Positions 35,817-49,380 of a DNA stretch of 64,000 nt are shown here, in pieces. The stretch comes from Vicugna vicugna (taxonomy: Eukaryota). Below the pieces are notes generated by a model that was not told the origin of the DNA, ran no database searches, and saw only the letters and a program-made list of their open reading frames with translations. The translations under genes and the position numbers were made by a program. The stretch is taken from positions 1 through 64,000 of the forward strand of contig MU058285.1 in assembly GCA_013265495.1 (NCBI GenBank), written 5' to 3'. Each line of letters opens with the position of its first letter. Positions within the stretch are counted from its first letter, which is position 1.

Positions 35817-38737
35817 GTTGTGACCAGAAAAGATGCTTGATATAATTGCAATCTTTTTAAATTTATTGAGATTTGTTTTTTGTTCCAATACATGATCTAT
35901 CCTTGAGAGATTTCCTTGTGCACTTGAGAAGAATGTGGATTCTGCTGCATTTGGATGGAATGTTCTGGACAAATCTATCAAATCCTTCTAATCTTTCTTA
36001 AGGCCATTGTTTCCTTGTTGACTTTCTGTCTGGATGATCTATTTATTAATGTAAGTGGGGTATTAAATTCCCTTACTATTATTTTGTTGCTATAGATTTC
36101 TCCCTTTGGGTCTGTTAATAACTATATACTTCGGTGCTCCTATGTTAAGTCCATATATATTAACAGCTGTTATGTCTTCCTGATGAATTGACCCCTTTAT
36201 CATTATATACCATCCATCTTTGCCTCTTATTACCTTTCTGGCTTGAATTTATTTTGTCTGGTATGAGTATGGCTATGCCCTCTTCCCTTTGGCTGCCATT
36301 GGCTTGGGGTATCATCTTCCATCCTTTCACTTTGAACCTATGTTTGTTTTTAGAGCTGAGGTGAGTCTCCCAGAGTCAGTACATAGTTGGGTCTTGTTTT
36401 ATAATCGATCTAGCCACTCTGTGTCTTTTGATTGATGAATTAAATTTATTTACATGTGGGGTATTATTGATGGATGGGGACTTAGTGCTGCCATTTTGTC
36501 TCTTGTTTTCTGGCTGCTCTATATCTCCACTGTTTCTTTCTTTGTGTTTCTGTCATTTTGGTCATTTTTTATGATGTTTTTCTTAGTTTCTTCTTTTTCT
36601 GTTTCATGTCTCTACTCTAGATTTATGTTTTGTGATTACCATGAAGTTTGTAAAAAAAACTTCTCATAGATAAAAATAGCCCTTTTTCTGCTGATTGCAT
36701 CTTATCTTTGTTTACCTGTATGGATTCCATCATTTTCCTCTTCCCCTTTTGTGTTCTTGTTGTCTCAAGTTACGCATTTTACGTTTGAGTTTGTTATCAA
36801 ATTGAAGTAGCTATAGTTGTTTTATTCTATTTTATTTTTTCCCCTTTAACCTTGATGCTATAAGAAAGTGTTTAAAAACTTCTTCTGACATGGAGTTGCA
36901 ACTTTCTTAATCGGCCTGTCAATTTATTACCTTAATCAAAGTTTTGTGTACTTTTGCCTTTTTGTTTCTGGCAGAAGAGCTCCTTTCAACATTCTTGTAA
37001 GTCAAGTCCAGCGTTGAGGGACTCTCTCATGTATTGTTTGCCTGGGAAAGGATTTCTCCTTCATATCTGAATGATAACTTTGTTGGATACAGTATTCTTG
37101 GGTGATAGTTTTTCTCTCATTATTTTGAGAAAATCATTCCATTCTCTCCTGGCCTGTAGAAGTTCTGTTGGGAAATCTGCTGATAGCCTAATGGGAGTTC
37201 CTCTGTAGGTTACCATCATTTTTTTTCCCTGGCTGCGTTTAAAATTTTTTGTCATTGACTTTTGACAATTTTAATGTAATGTTCTTGGAGAAGATCTTTT
37301 TACATGGATATAATTCGGTGTTCTTTAAGCTTAATGGACTTATTATGTAGCCAGTTCCTTCTCTGGGTTTGGGAAGTTCTCGAATACTATTCATTTAAAT
37401 ACTCTTTTTTTTTTTTTTTTTTTGCTTCTCCCTCTCTTTTTCTCTGGGACACCCATTACTCAAATGTTGCCCTTTCTAAAAGGGTCAACTAACTCTCATA
37501 CAATTTCCTCACTTTTTATGTCTTGATTCTCTTTCCTCTTCTGCTTGTATTATTTCTGTTTCTCTATCTTTGATCTTGCTAATTCTCTCTTCCATGTGGT
37601 CTGCTCTATTTCCATTGCTTTCTGATGCATTCATCTTGTTTATTGACTTCTTTAGCTCCAGAATTTCTGTTTGAATCTTTCTTAGAGTTTCATTCTTTTT
37701 GATTCCTTCTGCTCATTAGTTTTACTCCTGAGCTCACTGACTTTTCATTGAGTTTCTTCATGACAGCCATTTTGAATTTTCTATTAGCTGGATAGCAATA
37801 TTCAGTGGCTTTAAGTTTGGTTTCTGGAGATTTTTCATTTTCTTTTTGTAGTACAGTGTTACTACGGTTCTTCATGGTGTTGGATGAGGTGTTTCACTGC
37901 CAGTGCATTCGAAGTAGCCTACAGCTTTCTACTGGATTGTAATGATTCAATAGGTTAGAAATTAAAGGCATGCCCTTCGCTTTTCCTCTAGGTGGCGCGA
38001 TATCACAAGTTTTTGGTTTCTCTTACCTGCACTGCCTCTGGTTATATTTGAGAGCCAGCACTTTCCACTCTCCACTACCTCTGCCAGAGCCCTGTCCCTG
38101 TGGTTTCTTGTGTTTCTGGGGTCATTGGTGCTTTGCTGCCACCAGTGTCTCTGGCATTACCACCTGGGGAGCTGGAATGGTGGGCTCCTCCGCTGCATCC
38201 AAGATCCCCTAAATCATAGGCTTCACCACCCTGGAGGGAGGGAGACGGAGAAGGAAAGGGGGAGCTGGGGTTGCCCTAGCACCTCTGCCATGCCTTTGTG
38301 AGGTTTCAGCCTCTACCACTGAGGGTGGGGGGTGGGATAAGGATCCCAGGCTCATGGGCACCTCAGTGGCTGGAAAGATGGGGTCCCAGGCCTCACTGCT
38401 GCTAACCAGTTACCTGTGGTCATGGTTGCTGCTGTGACCAGGAGACCGGAGTCGTGTGCCAGCCCCTTGCCACTATCATGTCCTCTGGAGCCATGGACTC
38501 GGCTGCCATGGCTGGAAGTCCGGGATTGCAGGAGCTGCCTCCACTGTTCCCCTGGTTCCACCTCCTCTGTGTCTTCCAGTCCACCCACCTTTAGATGTAC
38601 AGATTATGGAACTCTTCGGCCTCCTGATGCATTGGGAAGAGGCACCGTTGTTGAGTTGGGGATGTTTTGCTGGTTGTAGGTTGAAGGGAAGAGACAAAGC
38701 AAGTATCTCACTCTGCCATTCTGCTGACATCACTCCC
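35817..38737 (-). mobile_element. L1 retaining 5' UTR, ORF1 and the ORF2 endonuclease domain; 3'-truncated; ORFs disrupted
   Basis: ORF 35718-35981 RTFHPNAAESTFFSSAQGNLSRIDHVL..IISSIFSGHN is the ORF2 EN domain. ORF 37061-37255 VTYRGTPIRLSADFPTELLQARREW is ORF1p. 5' terminus gggagtgatgtcagcagaatggc carries a YY1-like site. Confidence 0.93.
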
Positions 38738-40182
38738 TTAGAGGCTTCTACACCTGACTGCCTTCTGTTGTCCTTTTCATCTTCCCACTCAAAGTTGTCT
38801 TGGTCTCCTGCTCTCCATTGTGCCAACATGTCATTCTTCTCTTTTGCTTGTGTGATTTACCCATTTGACACATCACCCAGCTCTCCCTGCTCTTAACTCA
38901 TGTTGACGTCCTGATTTCCTTCTCTAAACCAAGTGGAAAATTGAGGTGTCACTTTCAATCTAGGAGTGTGAACCTGGAATCAGAATAACTTCTTTGGGGT
39001 TTCTGAGTTGGTCATGCAGTCCACAGTCAGGAGACAGTCCAGAGTCAGAAGATAAAAAGAGGGTGATGCTAACTGGTCCAGAGCCATAGAGACAGGATCT
39101 GGCAAATGAGAAGACACTACCTAAGGAAATTCTGGATCCCATAGGCTTACAGAGCAACTCTTTTGAACATGGCTCCCAAAGCCTGCTCTTAGGGTTTAAA
39201 AGAACTTCTTTAGAGTAAACACTATCAAGCAAGTTAAATGTAACTCGTCCCTAAACTCTATACATTTATCTCTTCTGTCATCTTGCTCACAAATAGCTGG
39301 CACTTTGGAATGCAAAATGATGAAACAATTTTGCTCTAAATAATAACACATAAAGATTTTGTCTTTTTAGTTTTTTTTCCCACATAACAGGGATTTACTA
39401 GATATGTTCTACTTGAAGCAATACATTTCCAAAGAAGTAATTTTGTATCTAGTACAGTAGACATGTTGAGTTATATTCCTTTAAAATTACACTGGATTGA
39501 TGGCCCCCTGGATCATCAGCAACTGCATTTCACCAATAGTTCTCAAACTTTTTTTTGACTATGACCCACTTGAATAAAGCAAATAATCCACTAGCTACTT
39601 ACCCTGCATGGTTTTATTTGCTATTAGAAAAGGACAAAGAATTGGAAACAATAAAAATAAAACAAAGCAAAATGATTTTTTTAAAAATCGAATAGTAATT
39701 CTACAAATATCTAGTGGTAATTGCTAATCACCAAAATGGAAGAAAACGCTGAAAATTTACAGATAACAAAAGATCCATCCCCTGACATTATGGAAAGTCC
39801 TGTTATCTGAGAATGAGTGCCAAGTATGAGTTGTTAAGTGATGCATGTGTCAGAATCCTTATAGTACAAATGGGATGCCTTAGTAGTCATGTTCTAGTTT
39901 TAGTTTATAAATAGCCAATGAAACTCATTTAGTTGCCTACTAATAAGTGGTCCTTTGTCTTTTAGTGCCTAGGAAGGTAATCAGCACATTGTAGATACTC
40001 AGTAAATAGTTGCAAAAGAAATAAAAGAGAGACTGAATACACTAAAAAGGAACATCTATGAAATATTGAGAATTTTACTGGTAAGCATCAGACAAAAAAT
40101 TTGGGTTGTATGTGGATCTTATGTTTAGACATGTTTTAGCAAAATCAAGGAAAACACTGAATTATAATGCTGATTAAAATAG

Positions 40183-40325
40183 GCCTCAAGTTAGTTTCTT
40201 TGGAAAGTGGACTCAGAGACAGACTTTAGCTTGCAGGATTTTTTATTAAGGAGTAGCCTGGGATCTACGCTTGTGATAAGGAGGGAAGGAAGTAAGATTG
40301 GAAAGAGGGAAAAGTCAAGCCTTGA
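40183..40325 (-). mobile_element. LTR16-like (ERVL) fragment
   Basis: ggaaagtggactcagagacagactttagcttgcaggatttttattaaggagt..ggaaggaagtaagattggaaagagggaaaagt. Confidence 0.65.
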
Positions 40326-40344
40326 GGCTGGCTCATCTACATAT

Positions 40345-40860
40345 ACAGTTTTAAATGCCATCTATATACTGACAACTTCCAAGATTCTAACTTTCTAGCT
40401 TAGAACTCTCCTATATATCAGACTGCCCTTTTAGTATCTCCACTTGAATGTTCAATAATCATGTCAAACTCATAATTTCCAGAATCAAATGGATCTCTTT
40501 TTACCCTCAGAATCTACCTCACCTGAAGCCTCTCTCATTTCATTTAACAGCACTACATCCTTCTGGTTGTGCAGGCAAAAACTGTGCAATTACATTTGAA
40601 TGTTAATCCTCACCCTGCATTCAGTATGTCAGGAAATTCCCATTGACTTTATCATCAAAATGTATCCAGAATTTGACTCCATCTCACCACCTCCACTGTA
40701 ACCACCAAGTGAGACCCATCAGCATCTCTTGCCTGGATTACTGCAAAAAACCTTCCACTGCGTCTTCCTGATGTTACTATGGGCCCCTTAGAATCGTTTT
40801 CAGTGGAGCAGCCAGAATGATCATTTTAGAACATAACTTCAATTGCTGTCAATTCTTCCA
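40345..40860 (+). mobile_element. L2a fragment
   Basis: aaatgccatctatatactgacaacttcca..atctccacttgaatgtt..caaaatgtatccagaat..tcttgcctggattactgcaa..gcagccagaatgatc. Confidence 0.8.
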
Positions 40861-43284
40861 TGTAAGATTCTGAAAAACTTCGTACTTTTACTAAAGAGCA
40901 ATTCTGCAGATATGTATTTGGGTCACTGAATCACCTGGAGTAGTTGTTTAAATGAAAATTACTGGGTCATACCCAGCAATCTCCCAAAGGTTTTCTAGGC
41001 ATAAGAAGAAAAACGTAGAAGAATTTAAAGGAGATGGCACTTAGATGATGGACTAAATCTGTGTTGGGGGGAAAAGAATGGAAAAGGATAAAGAGCTTCT
41101 GCCCTTTAGAGGAGACAAACAGGTTGCTTTTGTTCATGGTCTTCCTGCTGATACCAGCAGATAGACGTGTATGATGGGCGGTGCCAATCTGTACTCCATA
41201 AGGTTAGATTTGAGACCCTGTAAAGGCTGTAGGTATGACAAACCAGGCTGTCAGGAAAACTATACCCCCACAGCATTGATGACTGATATCCATGACGCAG
41301 GCCATCAGCCTGCATGTAGGACCATGTAGGAATTCTTGCTCAGTCCCACACTGGGGCATAGAACATTGTGGGGCTGTGGTACCCTTGGCTGTGAGGACTT
41401 GGAGACCCAGCACAGACCCTGATCCAACATCCAGGTCAAGCCCACAGGCTTGTCACTTCACATTTTAATATCAGCTGAATAAAAACCAAAGGCTGTTTAT
41501 CCTCATGTTTTACTTTCCAGAAAAAAAATGTTTTATAAACATGTATTTATAGTTAGCATACCATGTATGATTTAAATCATACAATGTGCAAATGATAGAT
41601 ATTGCAATATGGTGTGTATAGATCAAACTATTGGGTAGATTTGATAATTGTTTTCACTTCCTGAACATTAGAAAACATAGAGATTAGACAGGCTATGCAA
41701 TTTCTTTCCCTTCCTTCTATTTCTTAGTTTAAAAAGAAAATTAAAACTATTGGATTCTTGGCCATTACACATGGCCAGCTTTATTTAGATTTGCCACAAA
41801 TACTTCACATGAGCAGCATACAATATGTTGCCCTGAATGTCAGGGGAGCGCGGCTCCTAAATGTGGTTAATAAAGCAGCTGAAAGCCCTTTGCCAGGAGA
41901 CACTTCTCAGGAAAATTGTTCTTTTTCCTTGAAAATGATTCTCGAAGAATGTTGACCTTAATGTCCTCCAAGACCCCTTAACAATGTCCACACCTGAGGA
42001 TTCTTAGAATAAGTCTGACGAACGTGTGTCAAGAGTGGTTCGATGTAGACATTGCCATAACTAAATCCATGTAGGTAGAAACAACTTTTTCTTGGCTTCT
42101 TTTGAAATGCTTTCCAAATAATTTACTTACAGGGAAACTTGCTCATCAGTAGCACAATTCTGTCAAGTTCAAACTTTTAACTCCTAAGTTAATAATTTCT
42201 TAAAGTTTTAAAGTTTGTATATTAATATAATGTTATAATAAATAAGGAATATGTGTCTTATAGTAATGTCCCTTGTAGAACTGGCTATGTATTTAGGAAT
42301 ACCCTTCCTGGTGCTATTTGAAATATTTAGCTTAATTACTGTTTGTTCTACCATATTTTGTTTAATATAAATTATTTGTGAATTAGAGAGCTTCTTTAAA
42401 AATTCTAAACTAAATTAGTAGTATGTCATAAACAACTTTTTTTCTAAAGTTTGTATTCAGTGAATTAAATAATACCTAATTTGTCTTCCTGTAACTCTGT
42501 ACATAAGGAATGTTTAAAATAGCTAGAGATTTTCTTGATTTCCCTGTAGATTCTGAAAGCTTACTTTACTTGAGAGTTTTCTCTCCACTCATTGCAAAAG
42601 CTTTTACTTTGGGGGAAAAAAACCTTTTCTATTGTAAACTATAAGATAAAGGAATATATTGAAAAAGAATGCTATCATAAAGTGTACGTCAGAGACAAAA
42701 AATTAAATTGAAGGTCATCATACAGTCTCATGATTACACATAAAGCCGAAGCAGCCTCTTCTCCCATTCTTCTGCTTGTCCTCGCAACTGATCTGAGGTG
42801 TCAGGCACCTGGAAGTAGTGGTTCTGCTTCACAGCTAATAATGATCTCAACCAACAAAGTGTTAACTCCCATTGACCAGGGCATATAGTTAGAAATAATT
42901 GCCTTGTTTTCTAGGATCAGACTCTGGGTGGAACATCTTAAAGAAAGACCAAGGGCAAAACAAGGGGCGTTTCACTTCCTTTCTCATCTGACTTCACAGA
43001 GCAGTATGACTTCTTATTCCAATGGTTATGTGACATTCTGGAATCTATTAAAACCATAACAATAAACTCTTAGAATTTCATGTCATTAAACAAAGGCTTA
43101 ATGATGAAAATTTAGGAGGAAGTGGCTTGTGAGTTAACCATCACAGAACTCCTTGTAGAACACTTTTCAAAGAGATTTCATGTTTAAAGGAAATATCTCA
43201 CACATTGTAGAAGCTAAATAATAAATGTGGTATGAATAAATCGGATTAGGATTAATTAGGGTTGGGGACATTTTCTGGGCATAA

Positions 43285-43410
43285 AAACCAGTGTAAACAT
43301 AGACCAGGGTGTCAGGAGATCTGGGCCCTGGCTAACTAACCAGCCCTGGTCCACTGACCAGCTGTGTGTCCTAGAGATAGTGACATAAATCTCTGGGCCT
43401 AGATGGCTTA
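43285..43410 (+). mobile_element. MIR fragment
   Basis: gtcaggagatctggg..ccactgaccagctgtgtgtcctag..tctctgggcct. Confidence 0.6.
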
Positions 43411-44999
43411 AGAAGTTCTAAGTATATTATTTTGGGGATTCTAAACCTTTTAGGGAATAATATTTGTATGTGCAAACCGATAATGTTTATACACATTTAG
43501 CTTTTCCCTGCATCAAATGATTCTTTCAGTTACAATCATGGGGAAGGGGGAACCCAATCACAGGAAAATTGGTAAAGTGATTGCTTTTGAAGCAATTTTG
43601 CAAATATCTTAATGATACATTGCAAAAAAAGACCTATATACACTATTAACAGAGGACTTCTTAAAGTTAAAACATGACGGTTTAAGTTCAGACACTAAAT
43701 ATTCCTTTAGAATAAACATATATGCATGTAAGAGAAAAAAAAGCTGTTTGATCTTAATATGTCAAATTAGCTCTCAATACTAACCAACTGGATGAGAGCA
43801 TGAAAATTATCCTGGGAAAGTTAGAAAAAGCTAACACATTTACTGGAACTGAGAAAAAGTACTTCATATTTATTTTCAGATAAATAATTGACTAGTTGTG
43901 TAAGAATTCATATGGTCTTAAAAACTGCCTGGGATATTTGCCAAATCGTTAACATTTTTCAAACTTTCTGTCTTTCATACTTCCATTTTCTGCTGTAATT
44001 TCTAAATCTGATGGCATGAACTGTGATTTAACAGAAGACTAGCTAAAACATAGCATAACCCAGAGACCATGATTCTGAGAAGAAACGTAGTCCTGAGTAT
44101 ACATGGAAGACATATAAGTTGTTACTAAGAAGATAATTACTGAGGCATCATATCGAATTGCCTCTGTTGTACACTTTTATTTTTTAATTGGTATTTTCTT
44201 CTTAGGAAATGAATGATTGTTAAAGAATGTAAACATCGTAGAAATGTTCACCACAGACAGTGAGAGCCCCCTTTATCTCAGCTCCTGGAGAATCCTAGCA
44301 GACTAGCAGGCTTGAGTACTTGCTTCCTAGAATTTCCCCCATGAATATACTAATATGCACAGTGTAGTGCTCGATCATTTATACACTGGGCCGTTGGGAG
44401 AGATGACAGATCTCCCAATGTGCTGGGTGGCTGAACAAACCTGAATAGTACTTAAAATTCAGTAAGTACGGCAACAAGAACACAACAGAAAAACCCAGTA
44501 GTTACACATTATGTTTAAAAAACTTTAATATTAATAGCTAACATTTACTGACCATTTGAATTTTATCACGTGCAGATATTGTGCTAAGTGCTTTATAGGA
44601 CTAATCTCTTTTAACCTTTACTACCCCAGTATCCCCTCTTCTGTTTTGGGAGGATGTCATTTGCACACTATGCATTTCGCATCCGAAGGGGAGGAACATA
44701 ATCCTGAATACACATAGAACACGTATTTGTTGCCATGTGTGTTGTGTGTTGCTATTTATGTAACACACCAGTCCATGTAGCCAGAGTGCACGGCGCAGTG
44801 TCTATCTGCCTTCCTACCAGCCTCACACTCAGAGCCCAGAGCTGCTTTGTTTCAGGCTCTTGTCCCCCTTGGTAGCTCACAAAGTTCAGTTCACCAGTCC
44901 TCTACAGCTCATTTTCTGGAATCGACTCTAAATGTCCTTGGGTGAATCACCAAAGTCTAAGATCTCTCTCCAACCGAGTTTGCTCACCTGAAGCTCACA

Positions 45000-45400
45000 T
45001 GCTTCCCCGTGTTCCAAACAAACCAAGCTGCTCAGTAGTTTGATGCCTTCTTTGGCCTCCAAGCCTCTCTGTACTCACATCATCCTTTGATCTGTGCCCT
45101 CCTCCTTCTCCTGTCTCCACCTACCTCAGAACTACTGCCCCTCCAGGGACGGCCCCAATTACTAAGTCATTTACTAAGCATTCTTGATGGAAATGAGCTC
45201 TCTTTCTAGCTCCTACAGTGTTTTGCTGTAACTCTCTTATTGTATTTATCACATATTACCTTATTTTAGGATAATTTGTCCATGCCTTATATATAGTAGT
45301 CTAGTCAAGATTCAGGTTTTTTGTGATCCCATCTCAAATATCACCCACTGGTCTACCACGACTATCTTACTAACATGTGCTTAATAAAAACGATGTTGAA
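45000..45400 (+). mobile_element. L2c/d 3' fragment
   Basis: ctctcttattgtatttatcacat..gtgcttaataaaaacgatgttgaat. Confidence 0.5.
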
Positions 45401-45852
45401 TTCCATCACCTGCCCATAGGGTGCAGAACACCTTAGGGTCAGGGAGCCTGAAGTAAAGAAGAATAATCTTGCATTAGAGCTTCTTTTGTGACTCGTGAAG
45501 AAAACTGAATAGAGGGGAGCTGAAGGTGGAACTTCTGTAAGGGAATTACTCTTCTAGTGGTTTATGACTGTGAACTACACTATATTGGCCTGAAAGACAA
45601 TTATTAAGGAGAAAATTTGGCAGACTTTGTACGAATGCTAGTAACATGGTTAAAAACAGGGAGAAACATGAAATGGCATGACTTCCCCCTTATTGTATTC
45701 AAAGGAGGTGAGTAGGATGCAGACACCGAATGCTGTTGCAGCATCTGGAAGTCCGGGAAAGGTTTGTGCAGAGAGCCAGGGGCAATGCCCCAGCTATTTT
45801 AAATTACAGGAGTGAGTCGCCGTCAAAAGCCCGTGATCAAAAACATGTCTTG

Positions 45853-46011
45853 GCACAGGGAACTATACACAATATCTTGTAATAACCTTTAATGAAAACA
45901 AATATGAAAATGAATATATATATATGGATGCATGACTGGGACATTATGCTGTACACCAGAAATTGACACATTGTAACCGACTGTACTTCAATTAAAAAAT
46001 TTTAAAAAAAA
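45853..46011 (+). mobile_element. Young L1 3' end
   Basis: gcacagggaactata..tgcatgactgggacattatgctgtacaccagaaattgacacattgtaaccgactgtacttcaatt plus A tail. Confidence 0.9.
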
Positions 46012-47253
46012 GTGCTTTGAATGATGCAAGGCATGGTCTGATTGAGTTGACAGATCTGGAATTTTTTCTAAATGTGGGGCATGAATGCTTTAAATTGTAG
46101 CATTTTTGAATTGGAAGACACCCAGCAATCTTCTGAAGCCTAGGCCCACAGCTGTGATTCACTGACAAAGGCAGAGACCGGGTTGGGCACAGCCCAGTTC
46201 AGTTCAGCTGGTTGTCCTGTGCCAGATGAGCTTCTAGCAATTGAACTGACGAAGATGAAACAAATTCTGTCCTCGCCCTTGATGTGAAACAAGCATCCTA
46301 ACAGACCCATCAAAAGCAAAACAGAGTTATGATGAAAGCAGGAAAGGCTTGTCAGAGGGTTCCAGAATTGAAAACTGGCTCTAGCTTGGGATAAAAGGCA
46401 CTGATGCTCAGGAAAGAGCCCTTAGGAGAACTGGCACCTGTGTTGGATCTGAAGTATTAACAGGAAGTGCAGAGATGGGATAGGGAAGGACAGGTAGGGG
46501 ATACGGGCCACACGAAGGCCTGAAGCAGAAGCATGCATCTGGGAAACTAGAAGCAATTCTGTGCATCTGAACTGTGAAATGCAGAGAGGGGCGGACAGTG
46601 GGCTTGGGTAGCATCCTGGGCCGTGGCAGACCAGCCTGATGGGCCCGGATGGTGCTCTGTGGTGACAGGGAAGCCCTGGAGGGCTTTCGTGTTGCAGATT
46701 TGTATTTCAGGTGTCGTACTCCAGGGGCAATAAGAAGAACGCTCCCCACACGTGAAGTTTTCCTGCAGTCTGGGACCCTGGCTGGAGTCCATGAAAGGTG
46801 CCCAGCTTGAAGGGGAAGTGGGCTGCAGGATGGCAAAGTGCTGCTCACAGTCCTTGAAGCAGCTCTGGGTTTCTGGGAGGTGCTTTCATTTGTCTTTGTG
46901 CTCGTGCTAATTCCTTCATCTCACCAAACTGCATTTCTTTCTAGTTGCCTTTCTTCTTTCCTGATACAATGACACACAGGAGGCTGACAAATGGTGGAGT
47001 AAACACTGTGTCCTAATCAGCCATCTCCGGACAGGAGTGCAGCTATGACATCAGTGTTTGGAATGAAAAGGCTTCTTAATCAGAAAAACAGAGTGACCTT
47101 TTCTGTTTTTATGATGGTAGTGTCTGAGAGGCACCATGTTGCTTTTACAAAGCTCTGATTTCCAGATTCTTTTTCAAAATTGAAGTCTACTTTTTTTTTT
47201 TTAGTTTTAAAACTTAAAAAAGATCGACAAAGCATTGTTAGTATTTCATGAAC

Positions 47254-47283
47254 GTGTGTGTGTATGTGTGTGTGCGTGTGTGT
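47254..47283. repeat. Imperfect (TG)n microsatellite
   Basis: gtgtgtgtgtatgtgtgtgtgcgtgtgtgt. Confidence 0.9.
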
Positions 47284-49380
47284 TGGAGACAGGACTTTCA
47301 ACAGCACCAACATGACAATACTGTTGATTGAACACTGAGTAACTATATATGTGGAAAGAAATTATGATATTCATGCCACTTGCTGGAAGTGACTTACACA
47401 TGTGCGAGAAAGCAAATGTTAAAAAAAATATCATCATGTATCTAGCATCTTGAAATACCCATAAATTCAGGATGTGGGTTATAACTTATACTCATCTTAT
47501 GGGTAAAGAAGTAGAATGAAGACATGGAATCTTTATCTCCCTCATAGGAGGAGAGACATAGGATAAAAGATAATGTACTCAGTCTCTTCTGAAGTACTCA
47601 CTCATTGGAGAACACCTAATCTATTTTGTATCCACTAGAGAGCAGTAAAAGCCAGTGATGCTCTCATAAAATCTACACCTCACAATTATGAGCGCATGAC
47701 TGTTGATACCGAATGGACCATCTTATCCAGATCCCAGCCGGGTCAGGGCCTCCTAGAACATCCACCCGGTGTACATCCCTGTATACCACATCCCTCCTCA
47801 TACTTGTTCTTAATATTAAGTAAAATGCTCATGTATCAATTAACGTGGACACTGATTTATTTGAACACAAATGAAGATATGTGTCAAGCTGGTGGTCAAT
47901 GACCATGCTTTAAAAATCTGCAGGGACACAAAGTACGGTGGCGGAAGAAACTGCAAATACAGGGACAAACTCGCAGCCTGCGGACAGGGTCAGCTTAGGA
48001 TTCCTGGAAGAATATCCTGAGTGCCACGAGTCAGGCAAGCCTCATAATTACCAGTAGCTAATACGTGACATCTTTATGGCAATATTAGTGAAACACAGGG
48101 ACTTTTGTAGACAAATCAAGGAAAAACTAAGCTATGAATCACCAAGAGAAGATTAGGTGGTATGAAGGGATATCAATGTGGGGTTCGCCAAACTCCCTCT
48201 TTGTTACCTGTCTCTTGTTCTTTCAGTGTTTCAGAGGAGATTAGAATACAGAGGGGTGCTATCTAGTTATACAGTTACAAAGAACATCTTATTATTTTTT
48301 TTCTTAGTTGTCTATGGTTTTGATTGTTATTGTCCAAAACCTTTGAGGGCAGACATTGCCTGCTTTTCAGACATGTGTTCCCGGAAAACAGTTCTGAAGG
48401 AGTGCTGCCCAGAGGCAGCATTCTCTGTGTAGCCTCATTGACAGAAACCAGTCTCATCCCAGTCTGCTGCTGAGTAAATGAGACTGGAAAAGAATCAGAC
48501 GCATTAGGAAAGTGGCAAAATGAAGAGTTTTAACAAATATATTTTCTGAACACTGAAAAGTATGTCTGTCTTTTCTTTTTATAAAATTGGGCCAAGGATA
48601 GATTCAGAGGGAACATGAAACTGCTGTCTCCATTTCTGCATCAATGACACTATTATTGATTCATCATCAGGAAGGCACAGAATTTAAGGTGGTTTTTTCC
48701 AGTAGGGATGTCATCACAAGATGCTCCATTCTTTGACTTGGCTGTCCTTACAACCACAGTCATACACTTTAATTGGTAGACAAGAGTTAGGTATGTAATT
48801 TGTGGCCATGGAGCAGACTGGAACTAACTACCCTACATGTGGCGAACTTGAGTGTCAGCCTGATCAGCTCTCCTCTTGCCAGCTGAGCGAATGTAGCACA
48901 GGGACCATTGTTACGAATGATTTGATCAGCCCTGTTAACACACTCTTGTACTTTCCTTTAAAATGTATGCATTCATTGAGGTTCAGGGTTTGTCATTGAG
49001 GAACTAACCGTAAGTTTGAATTTGGCTGTAATGTTTTTCTCAAAATATCAAGATTCCTCGGTGAATGAAATAAGAACTATTTTTTTGAGTAATCTTATAG
49101 ATATCTTTTTTTCATCTATCATAAAATTCGCTAAAAATTTTATTTTGGTGGTCAGTATTAAGTAAAAACGATTACTTCTTAAAATTATAATTGTCTTACC
49201 CTAATTTAGCCAACCTGGTGGTTGATTAGCAACCACATTAGTCTTATTTTAGAAACAATACAGAGATACATACCATCATGTCTCTTTGTGTTTACAGGTG
49301 AATAGTGAAAAGAACATGGAATTTACAGTTAAGAGATCTGGCTCTTATCCTAAACGTGTAATCTAAAGTCCTATGGTCTT

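Noticed and set aside
38352..38896. Cluster of overlapping 78-146 aa ORFs
   Set aside because: They lie in the GC-richer L1 5' UTR where stop codons are rarer; no homology recognised.
41100..41460. GC-balanced unique segment that looked like a processed pseudogene
   Set aside because: The frames I translated give no recognisable protein; no poly(A) tail or TSD.
46408..46848. 146-aa minus-strand ORF
   Set aside because: Overlaps degenerate L2-like sequence; Pro/Ser-rich; no homology recognised.
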